This document shows positions 12,101 through 23,695 of a DNA stretch of 64,000 bases, piece by piece. The first letter of the stretch is position 1; the number at the start of each line of letters is the position of its first letter. The notes below the pieces were generated by a model, which saw nothing but the letters and a program-made list of their open reading frames with translations, did no database searches and was not told the origin of the DNA. The stretch is from Cyanophora paradoxa CCMP329 (taxonomy: Eukaryota; Plantae; Glaucophyta): positions 142,314 through 206,313 of the forward strand of contig QPMI01000658.1 of the NCBI GenBank assembly GCA_004431415.1, written 5' to 3'. Position numbers and translations under genes: made by a program.

Positions 12101-15100
12101 GCTCTCCTTGCAATTGCAGTATGTGGTCGATGCCAGCTTCGAGGTACCCCCCTCTAGATTTCTGCGAGACAACTGTAGTGCGAGTAGATCTAGATCGATG
12201 TGCGACTGCTCTGTTCCCTCAGATTGGAGTCCAGGCGGGCGCCAAGTACGCTAATGGCAGGCTTGGCCCTGACGTCAGCTGGTGCGCGCTCCTCAGTTAC
12301 TCTTCACTCAAGATCCTCCGGATCCCGGCCCTGATATCGATGTCTTTCTTCGCAGGCTGGACAACAAAGCGCCCGTCGTCAAAGTAGCGAAGTCAGAGCT
12401 CTCCACTGAGCTGAGTGAGCGGCTTGCACACAATCTTTAGGCCGTTTGATCCGATATTCTTGGCGATCAGGCTTGGGGATCTTCTTTGTGTTCGAGCCGT
12501 CGATAGGGATCACGGCGGGCGCATACGGCGTGCAGGTCATCGGTGCGCGACAGCGGCCGCAGCTGTGCGGGCGCGCGGGGCCGCCGGGCCGATCGATCGA
12601 AGCGCTCACGAATTCGAACACTGTTCGAGCGCAGGCCTCTCAACTGGGGTGACCTTCCGGGCAGGATTCATCTGGACTCCGGTACTCGCTTTCATTTCCC
12701 TCTGGATCTATCCAGCTGCGCATTCGAATCTCTAGATCTAATACAGCATCTCCAGGTCAGTCCGGACTGCAAAGGAGCGAAGAACTTCCGCATATCTGCG
12801 TCGTGAGCACAGGCCTTTAATTTCGCATGCGATCTGAGAGCCCCTGATGGGACGCGCGCGCGCAGAGTTACTCCTTTCCTCGGAATGACCCTCCAGGTCC
12901 CCCCCCCCCCCCCCCCCCCTCTCCTTATGTATATAATTACGGCTTCCCTTCCAGGTCACCACCATTGTCAAGAGGCCATCCACGGTGCTAGCCGTGACAA
13001 GGACCGGCTGCCGGAGCTTCGATGCGTCCTGGACGCTGGACGGCGTTGCTGCTGTCGGCGGGGTCAACCTCAGGAGCATTGTTGTGCAGGTCAGACCCCA
13101 GCTCCGCGTTCCGAAGCCATTCGGCCATTGATGCGTGATCTCTGCATGCGCATGCGCAGGTGACCGCCGATTACGCTGCGGAAGCAGTGCCGACAGGACG
13201 GTACCCGCTGAAGACCGCCTACCAGCAGACCACCTCGCTGAAACGGCAAACGACGTTCGTCACCGACGGCGTCACCACCGGGGGCCGCCACATCTCGACG
13301 AACGTGTCCGGGCTCTTCCCGCCGACGTTCAAAGCGGCGGGCGCCGTCTCGTACACGTTCCGCGTCTGGGGCTACGCGGCCGTTGGATCCGGTCTCGTCT
13401 CGAACAGCGTCGCCATCCGTGACGCCGCGGAGCCGTGCGTCGCGGAGGTCGCAGAACTTCCGCATATCTGCGTCGTGAGCACAGGCCTTTAATTTCGCAT
13501 GCGATCTGAGAGCCCCTGATGGGACGCGCGCGCGCAGAGTTACTCCTTTCCTCGGAATGACCCTCCAGGTCCCCCCCCCCCCCCCCCTCTCCTTATGTAT
13601 ATAATTACGGCTTCCCTTCCAGGTCACCACCATTGTCAAGAGGCCATCCACGGTGCTAGCCGTGACAAGGACCGGCTGCCGGAGCTTCGATGCGTCCTGG
13701 ACGCTGGACGGCGTTGCTGCTGTCGGCGGGGTCAACCTCAGGAGCATTGTTGTGCAGGTCAGACCCCAGCTCCGCGTTCCGAAGCCATTCGGCCATTGAT
13801 GCGTGATCTCTGCATGCGCATGCGCAGGTGACCGCCGATTACGCTGCGGAAGCAGTGCCGACAGGACGGTACCCGCTGAAGACCGCCTACCAGCAGACCA
13901 CCTCGCTGAAACGGCAAACGACGTTCGTCACCGACGGCGTCACCACCTGGGGCCGCCACATCTCGACGAACGTGTCCGGGCTCTTCCCGCCGACGTTCAA
14001 AGCGGCGGGCGCCGTCTCGTACACGTTCCGCGTCTGGGGCTACGCGGCCGTTGGATCCGGTCTCGTCTCGAACAGCGTCGCCATCCGTGACGCCGCGGAG
14101 CCGTGCGTCGCGGAGGTCGCGCCCACTGCGACACCCTCGCCGAAGCCGACCGCCGTCGGCAACCCGGCGCCGACGCCGACGTCGACGCCGAAGCCCGCGG
14201 GGCCGGTCCCTACGTATACGCCCAGCTGCAGTTTGACGCCCAGCCCTACGCCGAGTTCGACGCCCAGCCCTTCGGCCACCCCGTTGCCCGCCAATCACCT
14301 CTTCGTCACAAAGAATCCAAGCGTAACCGGTACCAAGCCATCGAAGCGGGATGGGCAGGTGCGTTAAACTCTCCAGAGCAAGTTTTCGAGTTCCGCTTGC
14401 AAGCAATCCACGTCACAGGGCGTTGGAGTTACGTACAATGGAGCCGAAAGCCTCTTTGTTGTGGTACATTTATCTTCTTAGGTTCCTCCAAAACATTCGA
14501 TCCTCCAGGGAACATTCGATCCTCCAGGGAGGCGCCTGCTTGAAGGATTTTCCAAGTACGGATTATTCAACTCCAGAAGAAAGAGCTGCCGCAACCTGCT
14601 CCGGACAAGCTAGTGCATACTACCACAAACTGCGATTGGACGTCGGTAATTATAAGATAAGACGTGTTGAAGCGGTCGATTGCTGGCTTCGCTTATAAAT
14701 ACTGATATCGATAATTACATTTCTAATAATTACATTTCCTTCCCACAGTCCCTCCTGCGTGGGAGACGGTCAGCTTCCCCGCTGGTCTGGAGATCGAAGA
14801 AACGGTGAATATTCGCAAGCGCTAGCGCTGCGTCGTAGGGCGCGTTAGCGAGAATGGCCCCTGAATCGGTTGAAGAGGAGGTCAAGCGTAGTTTACGATG
14901 GCCAGCGATACATATACGCGCAAGGCGGTACGCGCTTGGCCGTGCTTCGAATTCGCTTAAGCTTTCACTGCCGATTAGCGTCGACGTACTAAGTTCGTTC
15001 ATGCTCAATGACAGGATACCATCCCGCGGACGGATCCCTCAAAAATTCTGTTCTACGTTTTGGTGCGCGAGCATTCGCAATCGCCGCAGGCTTAGGTCAC

Positions 15101-18100
15101 GAACGTTGAATGGCTTTACCCCCAGATCTTCAAACCCTTGCCGGGACCGCGGTGTGGACCAGCGCATCTGACCGCAAGAGAAACGCGCAATGCGCAGTGC
15201 GTAATCTAATGCATCTGCTTTGTTACGAAGCCACCGCGGATGATGACGACTCGCGCGTTGTTGTAGGGCTACCATGACGGCAAGATAGCTTTCACGGGCG
15301 GTCACGGCGGATCATTCAGGAACGGTGAGGCATAGCTTGAGCGCTTATATATTAAGCTTGCAATTGCATCCGCTGGACGCCAACGACTTCCGTTCGTTCC
15401 AGACCTGGCCCTGTTTGACACTACCGGCAACACGTGGTCGACGAAGTTTGCAGAGGCGGCCGACTCCGGTGCCATCGGAGAAGGGCGCATCTGCGCGATC
15501 CTCGGCGTTTGGCGGCGGGGACGCCAGCGTGTCCCTGACCGGAATGAGGTAGGTTCTAGATGCGAAGACCGACTCGCGTTTTCGCCGAATGGACCCAATT
15601 GAGAGACGGCTCAGATACGCCAACCTTTCGGGTTCCCCGACCGCTTGGACGAACCCCTACTCCGGCTCGCCGACTGTCCCGCCGTCCCGAATGTTTCCCT
15701 GGTTTGTTGTAAGATCCGAGCGACCATGCGGCTGTCGCCAATTTAATTTGATCATGGAGCTTAAGACTGGATCTAGAGAGATTATATTAAAACGTTTCGA
15801 GCGCAGGCACTGGGTGATGACGGTGAACTCGTACCCGATGTGGGTGCGGCCGGCCGCTTGTTTGTATCTTAACTAGCTTTCGGCCCCCGTTCTGAATTGA
15901 TCTCCGTTCACCTCATGATCAGGTCGTCGTCGGAGGGTTCGAAAAACAGTCGGGGCCGAAGTTCTACACTCGAACCGACGCTTGGGTATATCCGCATTCA
16001 AATTTGAGCGTCTTCATTAATCGGTATCGTACACACTGACAAATGCGGCAGGTTTTCAGGCCCCGTGCGTTTATCTTTTCGTAACTGCTCCGGACATCGA
16101 AATTAAAGTACGTCGCGATTTAGAGCTTTAAAGCTCACTGTCCTTCAGATTGTATGAACGTCTGTGGTTCAAGCGGGTGGCAGAAGCTGAACGTCAGCGG
16201 CGCGTTCCCGATGACAGCAGGTTCGAATTCGTCTAGGACGGCTCGCGATCGCCAGTCATTACCACCTGTACGCGAGCTCATTCGTCTCCTTCCCGCTTTG
16301 CAGAGGGCGCAGGGGGGTATTTCCCTTCCCTCAAACGCGCCTATCTGTTTGGAGGACGGACTCGGACTGCCGGGGGCAATTATTATGCCTACGAACTCGT
16401 CAACGATCTCTACCAGATTGACGTCTCAGGTGCAATGCGTGATTCTAGATCTATAGTGTAGCGACGTGCGCGAAAGCGGTCTAACCTCGCGGCAGTCTCC
16501 TCCGACTGTCCCTGCTCCCGGCGCCGGCTCACGGAACAAGACGACTCTATGCATACGGAATCCTCCGCCAAGGCCGGCCGCGCGCTGCTGCAGGACGGCG
16601 GTTTGTTGAGCGCGTTAAAGAATTTATCGTCCTTGATGCTGGGCGCAGAGCCGGACCCGAGCTTCGTGACGACGGAGAACCCCGTCGACATGCGGCTTGC
16701 GGCGGCCGCGAACGCGACCAGCGGGCCAGAGGACCCGACCGCGCTCCTCAGCGCCGACGCGGAGCGCTACGACACCAGGTGGACCATGGACCGGCAGGCG
16801 ACGCTCGCCGCGCTCGACCCGCAGGCCCGCAAGTCCTCGAAGCCCTGTCCGGTACTTTTAGCTTTGAATTCTTTGCAAATTCGAGCGCTGTACATGTCCG
16901 AGCGATCTCTCACGCAAAACGTTCATCAGCGATGCGCGAGGCGCAAATCATGGCGTTTGCCCAGCTGCGTCCTGCGGAGTCGGCACAGGGCGCGCGCTCG
17001 TACAACGGCGAAAACGGGACCACCGCAATCGTCATCGACCGAAGTGCGCGGGGGCGGTTTAAAAAAACTTTGGAGGCTTTGAGAACCGCCGGTCGCTGAC
17101 AAGGATCGGACCTCAGGTGTCGGGAGCTGCCCGCCTGACCGCAAATTCGCGGGCGCGCTGGGAAGGACCAAGCTGCCCACGCTAGCGACCTGCCTAGCTG
17201 GAGCTGCCCCCAACCAGCCGAGCGCGACCGCCGATTTCGACGTTGCGGTCTGCTCCATTGTCGTCCCCGTGGCAAACGCAGTGCAGGTGCCTCATCCTCA
17301 AGTTTACTCCCCGTTCGCGCTGCCGGACTGCTGATTCTCGTACAAACAGGTGTCGCTTCCAATTACGAAGTCGGGGCTCTACCGGTTCCGGGCGCACGAC
17401 GAGACCGCCAACTCCCCGACGTCACTCGCCATCGATCTCCGCAGCGATGGGTCGTGCGCCCCAATCGCCTGCAGCAGGCCGTCCCGGGTGCGGTTTGTCG
17501 TTCGGGGATGCGTTTTTCGACGCAATTTAGCAAGCCTTTCCCTCAGGCGACGCGACCGAGCTCTGGGCGCTGCTGTACGAGAACAGCACGGTGAACGTCA
17601 ACGTCGCGGCCGTGGCCAGCGGCGCCGCCGGCGCCAACGCGAGCTGCCCGCCGTCGGACGCCGCCGTGCTCGACGTTTCGTTCGAGGTGCCCGACGACCT
17701 TTTCCTTTTGACTTTTCAAATTATCAACAGTTGAATAATAACAACCTAATATAAAGCCATGCATATCTTGACTTCACTTGGCTTTACAATAGGCGCCCTA
17801 CGACGAGCGCGTCTTCGTCGACGCGTCGCTCGCGGAGGAGGGGCTGGGCCCCGACGAGGCCCTGCGCGACCCCGACACCCTCGACCTGTACTTCGTCGAC
17901 GTCAACGCCGCGCTCCGCTACGCCTACGGCAGGACCGGCGCTGCGGACGCGGGCCACCCGCTCCAGGTGCGAGCGAACGTAGCGACGCTCGAATTCGATT
18001 TCGCGCGCTGACGATCGCGACGCCGCCTCGTCGCGAGCAGATTGGCATCTTCTTGAAGCCGGGCATGTACTATCAGAGCGTCAACGCCTCGTGGGACCTT

Positions 18101-21100
18101 CCCGCTGTGTCCTTTGCCGCCGGTGCACGCATCTGGGTGCGCTCAGGATTGCCGCGCGCGGTCGCAGGAAAAGTATCCCTGGCGTCTAATTATATAATGC
18201 TTCCATCAGATACGATCCCTCAGCGGGCTTCGCCAGGGGACCAATTCCGCGTACGCGTGATCTCTCACGTCATGCTGCATGTTTGAAGTGGTTCTGATTT
18301 TCGCCATTTCGTTTGCAGGGAGGACACTATTCTGACGTGCGGCGGCATGGGCCACGCGATCTCCCTCTCGCACGCCTCGCCCTCGTCTCGTTCCTCGGCG
18401 TTAGCATCGCCAAGTGCGGCGCGGTGGAGAGCTCCACCCGAGTGGACGCGAGCCGCTCCGGCGCCGCGGTCTCCGTTGTCGGGCTCAAGGACATCGTGTT
18501 CAGGGTACTCGGCCTCTGCCATCTCCGAGCGCGAGCGCGGGCGGCTGATCCCGTTCGCAGAACATCATCTTTGCACGCAACGGCAACCAGAACGCAAGCG
18601 CAGATGGCCGTGGTGGCGCTGTGGCGCTCTTCGCTGGAGCGTCGGCGGCCTTCGAGAACTGCATTTTCGTGCAGGTGCCGGCACCCGCGGCTAATAACAA
18701 ACTATGATCTCCGCTCGTTTGCGCTGACAACGACGCAGAACGACGCGCGCCGAGGCGGCGGCGCCGTTGCCGTCCTCGACGGCAGCGAGGCACGGTTCGA
18801 GGGCTGCGTCTTCTCGAGCAACTCGGCCCCGATCGGCGGCGCCGTTCTGGTGTCCGGCGCCGCGCGGCGTCCTTCCTGCGGACGGGTTTCCAGGTGCGCA
18901 ACGCGATCTTGCGGAGGGAGCTGGCCTGGGGCGATTCCGCGCGCGCGTGCCTCCGCAGAGGAACGCGGCGGTCCCTCCGCCGGAGATGGAGGACGACACC
19001 ATTTCCGCCTCGATCGCGATGACGAGCCCGCGGCGGTCGAGAAGTGGCTCGGCGGGGCCGTGGCAGTGCAATCCGCGACGGAGGCAGTGCGGTTCGACGT
19101 CGCAATCTTTGAGGGCAACGCCGCGCACTTCGGCACGGCCATCTCGGCCGCGAGCCGCGTCGTCGTCACGCGCTCTCAAGTGTCGGGCTCGAACGGAGGG
19201 GCCGTGTGGGTCCGGTCGACCGAGGCGCGCCTCGAGCTCACGGCATTCTCCGGGAACGAGAACGTCATGCCGCTGGCCGCCGGAGCCGTTGCCTGCAGCG
19301 GCGCGGGAGCTTCCCTCTCCGTCTTCGCTTCGACCTTCGACGACAACTGGGGGTGTACGGCGGCGCGGCTCGGGTCTTCGACGGGTGCCGCGCAAACACT
19401 TCGCTCTCCGCGTTCTCGCGTGCGCCCCGGCCCGCCGCTTCTGCTCGCCACAGCCCCTCCATTCCGAATCCCTTTTAATATCCGACCAGGCAACGTGGCG
19501 CTGGCGGGGTCCGGGGGCGCCGTGATGGTGGGTCAGGCGGCGGACCCAGGCTCTGCAGTGGCGTCGACCTGGGCATCCTTCGACCAGGTCGAGTTCCGCG
19601 AGAACGTCGCCGGGTTCCAGGACGAAGGGCAGGCGGCGGAATTCGAGGCCGACCCGACGCTCGGCTCCGGTGGCGCGCTAGCCCTCCTCGCCCCGCTCGA
19701 CGGGGCCGTGCCCATCTCCGGCTGCCTCTTCGCAAAGAACCGCGCGGCGCTGGGCGGCGGCCTCTTCGCCAATGCGTCCGTGCGCATCGACGGCGACACG
19801 ATCTTCTTCTCGAACGAGGCGGGCTTCCCGTGGTTCGACGCGCACGCCCAGCGCGAGGTCCAGATCGGCGGCGGCGCGCTCCTCGCATTCGCGGCCGCGC
19901 CGAACCACGTCGGGGGCGCGCTTTTCGCGCTGAACAAGGCACACGGCGCCTTCGGCGGAGGCCTCGCGATGCTCGGGGGGTCGCTGGAGATCCGCGGTCC
20001 GCGCTTCCTGTCGAACGCAGTGCTCGGGCCCGACAGCCAGGGCGGCGGTGCGCGCGCGCGCCCTCCGCGCCACCCTGCGCTGCCAATTTCGCACTGAGAA
20101 GTGCTTTCGCGCTGCCCAGGTATTTTCGCGCAAAACACGATCTTCCTGGGCGACCCGAGGTTTGTCGCCGCAGGCAACTCAGCCGAGGGAACTGTGCGTG
20201 CTCCCCAAATTGAGACCAGACTCCGAACCCGTCCCAACCTCGAACTCGCGCAGTTCCAGAACGTGTACCTGCTCGGATCCGGAGGCAGCTCGGGCGCCGC
20301 GAACGGGACGGCCTCGGGCGCGGCGGGCGTCGTCAAGTCGTGCGCGTCCTGCTCGGCGTGCCAGGCCTGCGAGCCCGCCACCGGCCGCTGCAAATTCCCC
20401 GCGGACTTCGGTGCGACGCAAACCGCAAACCGCAACAAACCGCTGCTTATCAAATACCAATTAAAATGAAAATACGCAGAGGCGTGGTGCGAGGCGATCG
20501 GCGGGTGCAGCCCCGAGACGTGCCCGTTCGTCTCCGCCGGCACCGCGCGGTTCGACGAGACCGACGGGCTCCGCTCCATCCGCGTAGAGCTGGACGCTGG
20601 CCCGGGCGCCGGCGCCGGCGCCGGCGCCGCCTCTGCCAACGTCAACGGCTCATGCGCCTCCTTCTTCGTCCCGGACACCCTCCGCATCCTCGGCGAAGGC
20701 GCTTATAACCTCTTTCTTATATTTTTACAGCGCACTATAACACATTCTATAGTTCTAATAAAAAAGCTGTTAAGAAAAAATACTATACTACCGCTGAACG
20801 CTGACCGTCGACGTCGCGGACATGCGCAGGAGCGTCGTGCGCGCTGGGCTCGAGCTCGGGCGGCGCTCGCAATCGGCGGAAGGCGCTGCAGTCGACCGGC
20901 ACCGGCGAGCTGATCGTGCGGCTGGGCGGCGCTTTCTCGGTCGAGCCCGGGGCCGTCCTCGGGCTCCAGCTGGACCTCCTCCCGCAGCGCTTCCGCTCCG
21001 TCTCCAACTCCGCCGTCGTCGAGATCGAGCAGGTGCGGCGACCCTATAATTACTTCAACGCGTGGCGCGCAAGCTGATCACGCGCCCCCGACGCCCTCAG

Positions 21101-21469
21101 ACGTCGATCCCCGTCGAGCAGCTCAAGTCTCAGCTGGCGTGGACGAACCGCACCCTCGCGGCGGAGCTGGGGCAGCGCTCCGGATTCGCCGCCTTTCAGA
21201 CCGGCCCGACGCCCGCCGACGCGTCTTCGTCCACGATCTCGCCCGGAGCGATCGTCGCCATCGCGCTCGGCAGCGCTGCGGCGGTGCTCGCCGTGGTCTG
21301 GGGCGTCCTGGCCTGGCGGCGCCTCTCCGGATATCGATCCGGACCCCGCCGCCCAGAGCTCGATCGGGATCGCGAACAGCGGCCGAACGCGGACGTCGTC
21401 CTCGTGCTCGGGGAGACTCGCGATCAGAGCAGGAGGCCGCCCGCGGGCACCGCCACTTTTTTTGTTTGA
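9108..21469 (+). CDS. Large multi-exon type-I membrane protein: signal peptide, unknown N-terminal region, FN3, Pro/Thr linker, Kelch beta-propeller, GGA(V/L)/FxxN beta-helix (Pmp/pectin-lyase-like) repeats, Cys-rich segment, single TM, short tail
   Basis: Signal peptide MSALLLKSVLLLVAFAAAAVAA (ATG at 9108 or 9135). FN3-like SFDASW...NVSGLFPP...SYTFRVWGYAAVGSG. PT linker 14120-14290. Kelch GG motifs SLFVVGG, YIYAQGG, IAFTGG..DLALFDTTGNTW, VVVGG, AYLFGG..NDLYQID (14400-16430). Repeated FSSNSAPIGGAV, FAKNRAALGGGL, FALNKAHGAFGGGL (18740-20050). TM IVAIALGSAAAVLAVVWGVLAWRR (~21250-21320). Stop at 21469. Exact exon structure is not fully resolved. Confidence 0.8.
12781..14120 (+). repeat. Intragenic tandem duplication (~670 bp x2) spanning the FN3-like exons
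   Basis: 12781-13452 and 13453-14120 appear identical apart from poly-C length and one substitution (acc ggg vs acc tgg). Confidence 0.95.
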
Positions 21470-22779
21470 GATTGCAGATAAATTTTTGAGGCGTCCACAG
21501 CAAGCCCTCTTTCCTAGAAGCTTGAAGCCTTCACCTTGCATTTTTTTCCTAGGCCTTTTTCTGTCATTAAAAGCCTCGACCTTTTTTCCATTTTTTTCCA
21601 GTTCTTTTCCAGCTATATGCCAGGCTGGGCCCCGCTGGGCCCCGCCCCGCGGAATGCGCCGGCGCTTCGTGGACTCGCGAAGCGACGCACCTCGCATATT
21701 CGCGAAGCGACGCACCTCGGTAGTTCTTTAACTTGCATGCGACTCGAGGCTCGAGCTCGCTAGCGATTTCTATCGCGAATCGATTCGCGACCCGCGGCCG
21801 CGTGCCGAGCTCCAGCCTCCAGCTGCAGCCTGCAGGCTGCAGCCCTCAGCCTGCGCATGCAGGCTGCAGCCCGCGGCCTGCAGCTGCAGACTGCAGTCAA
21901 CGTTAACGCCGCAGCGGCGCCGGCTGAGTGATCATGAGTTGACAGTGACTCAGTGACTCGCAATCGCGACGCGCGCGCGACGCGCGTCCGACGGTCGCAA
22001 CGGATGAGCTGTCCGAGGGTAGTGCAACTTCCAAAAAAAAAGAAAACTTATGAGCTGTCGGGCAACTTCCAAAACAAACGAATGCGATATTGTTTTTTTC
22101 CTTCACTCGAACTCGGATGACGTTGCTCTAGATCTTAGCAGGTTGGATCCTAGCAGTGGCTAGCACGTCGACAGTGACTCGACAGTGAGTCGACACTGCA
22201 GCTGCTCGCGAAAAAACGTCGGTCCCTACAACTCGCGATCGGTTTTTTCGCGAGCAGTGCGAGGTAGGCTCTTAGCAGGGTGGATCCTAGCACGGACCCG
22301 ATCGAGTCCACTGCCGGACCACCGGCGTACCGGGTACTGGATCCGGACCAGGCAGCGCATCACGGCGATCACGCTGCGCATGCCGCCAGTGCTACTCAGT
22401 GACTAGTACAGTAGTATGCCCGGCGCACTGCATGCGGCATGCGCACGTGCACGGGCCCCTAAAGCCTAGTAGCTAGCCAGTACTACGGCACCGGTACCGG
22501 GGTAGTAGGACTCTAGCCTACCGCGGGGCCGGTACCGGTAGGACTCCGTACTACGTATATACGTTAGGGGCCTTGCCAGGCTTGCGCTAGGGCCAAGTAC
22601 AACTAGTAGTTCAACGGTTGCAGCCAAGGTGCAGGTGGGCTCGAGCTCCCGGGTCCTTGACAGTGTTGACACGGCGTGCGAGTGACGGCGCGGGGTGTGG
22701 CGCAGGCGCGTGCGTGATTACACGATCTCGAGCGCTTCTTATTCTTTCTTCAAGGACTAGACCACGTATCTTGGCGAAG

Positions 22780-23695
22780 ATGGTGTTCTCGCCTTTAATG
22801 TATTTCAACAACTCCTCGACCGGTCCGTGCGATTTCTCAAGAGCGTGCCGCGCATGCAGCATGTACAGTGCCCGCCGCGCAGGCGCACGCAATTGACAAT
22901 GCGCATGCAGACTACGCCTGCTTCAAGACGTCCGACTGCAGCGGCAGTGGGAACGGCTACTCGGGGAAAACCTATGACAAGATCAATGCAGCTGCCGAGT
23001 GCTGGGCCGGAGGGGCTACCTACGTAAAGTGGGGCCCCGACTCGAACTCGAACACGATTTGTAAGAGCGTGACCGACTCGGACTTCAAAGCCGGTGCGAA
23101 AATCTGGTTTCGCATGATCATGTCTAGATCTGCCTGCGCATATGCATGCGCACTGACTTCGCAAAGGCTTTAAATGTTATTCTGGGAGCACCTGCTCGGA
23201 AAGCACTCTGCAAGCTGATTTCACAAGCGGAAGCTACCTCCTTGACTATGCTAGCACAATGTGCAACCTTTACGGGCAGTACTGCAACTCCTTCAAATTC
23301 AATGGCGTGTGCATCCAAAAGAAAACGACGAATTGCAGCTCCAATTGCTCATATAGGACGACGACGACGAAACTCGACGACGATACTCAGGTGCACCCCT
23401 CGAAAAATAAATTAAATTAAACCTGCATGAATTGAGACGTGGCCTGGAAATCTAACCGACGAGCTTGCTATATATGCCATCGGCAGGTCGTGGGTGGTGA
23501 GGATCCGGAGGAGGCCGAGATGGATGCTGCGGAGATCGAGGTGGAGGCGGAAGCGGAGGCCGCGGTGCGCCCTCTCCCGCGGCTGACTCCTCAGACTCGA
23601 TCGCGAGCTCGCCGCGACAATCGCAATCTGAGGCGCCGCGACAGATGCTTGCAATTGCGGACGCTGAGGGCGCCGACTTCGACGCCTGCGCGTGA
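22780..23695 (+). CDS. Small spliced Cys-rich protein with acidic C-terminal tail (~165 aa), function unknown; copy A
   Basis: GT-AG splicing gives MVFSPLMYFNNSSTDYACFKTSDCSGSGNGYSGKTYDKINAAAECWAGGATYVKWGPDSNSNTICFKCYSGSTCSESTLQADFTSGSYLLDYASTMCNLYGQYCNSFKFNGVTTTTKLDDDTQVVGGEDPEEAEMDAAEIEVEAEAEAAMLAIADAEGADFDACA*. Five introns keep frame. An additional upstream exon cannot be excluded. Confidence 0.65.

Noticed and set aside
14530-14665. GON-domain-like look of YHKLRLDVGNYKI
   Set aside because: Flanking exons carry regular Kelch GG/W motifs, so it is better read as part of a Kelch blade.
16820-19360. Apparent frameshifts in copy A of the Kelch/beta-helix gene (e.g. ~16836, ~18380, ~18860, ~19029, ~19354), suggesting a pseudogene
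   Set aside because: Each is a 1-bp loss in a C/G run where copy B has the frame-preserving base, which is typical long-read consensus error.
18740-20050. Horizontal transfer from Chlamydia (Pmp GGA/FxxN repeats)
   Set aside because: Such beta-helix repeats are widespread in protist surface proteins. The gene is intron-rich with host-like codon usage.
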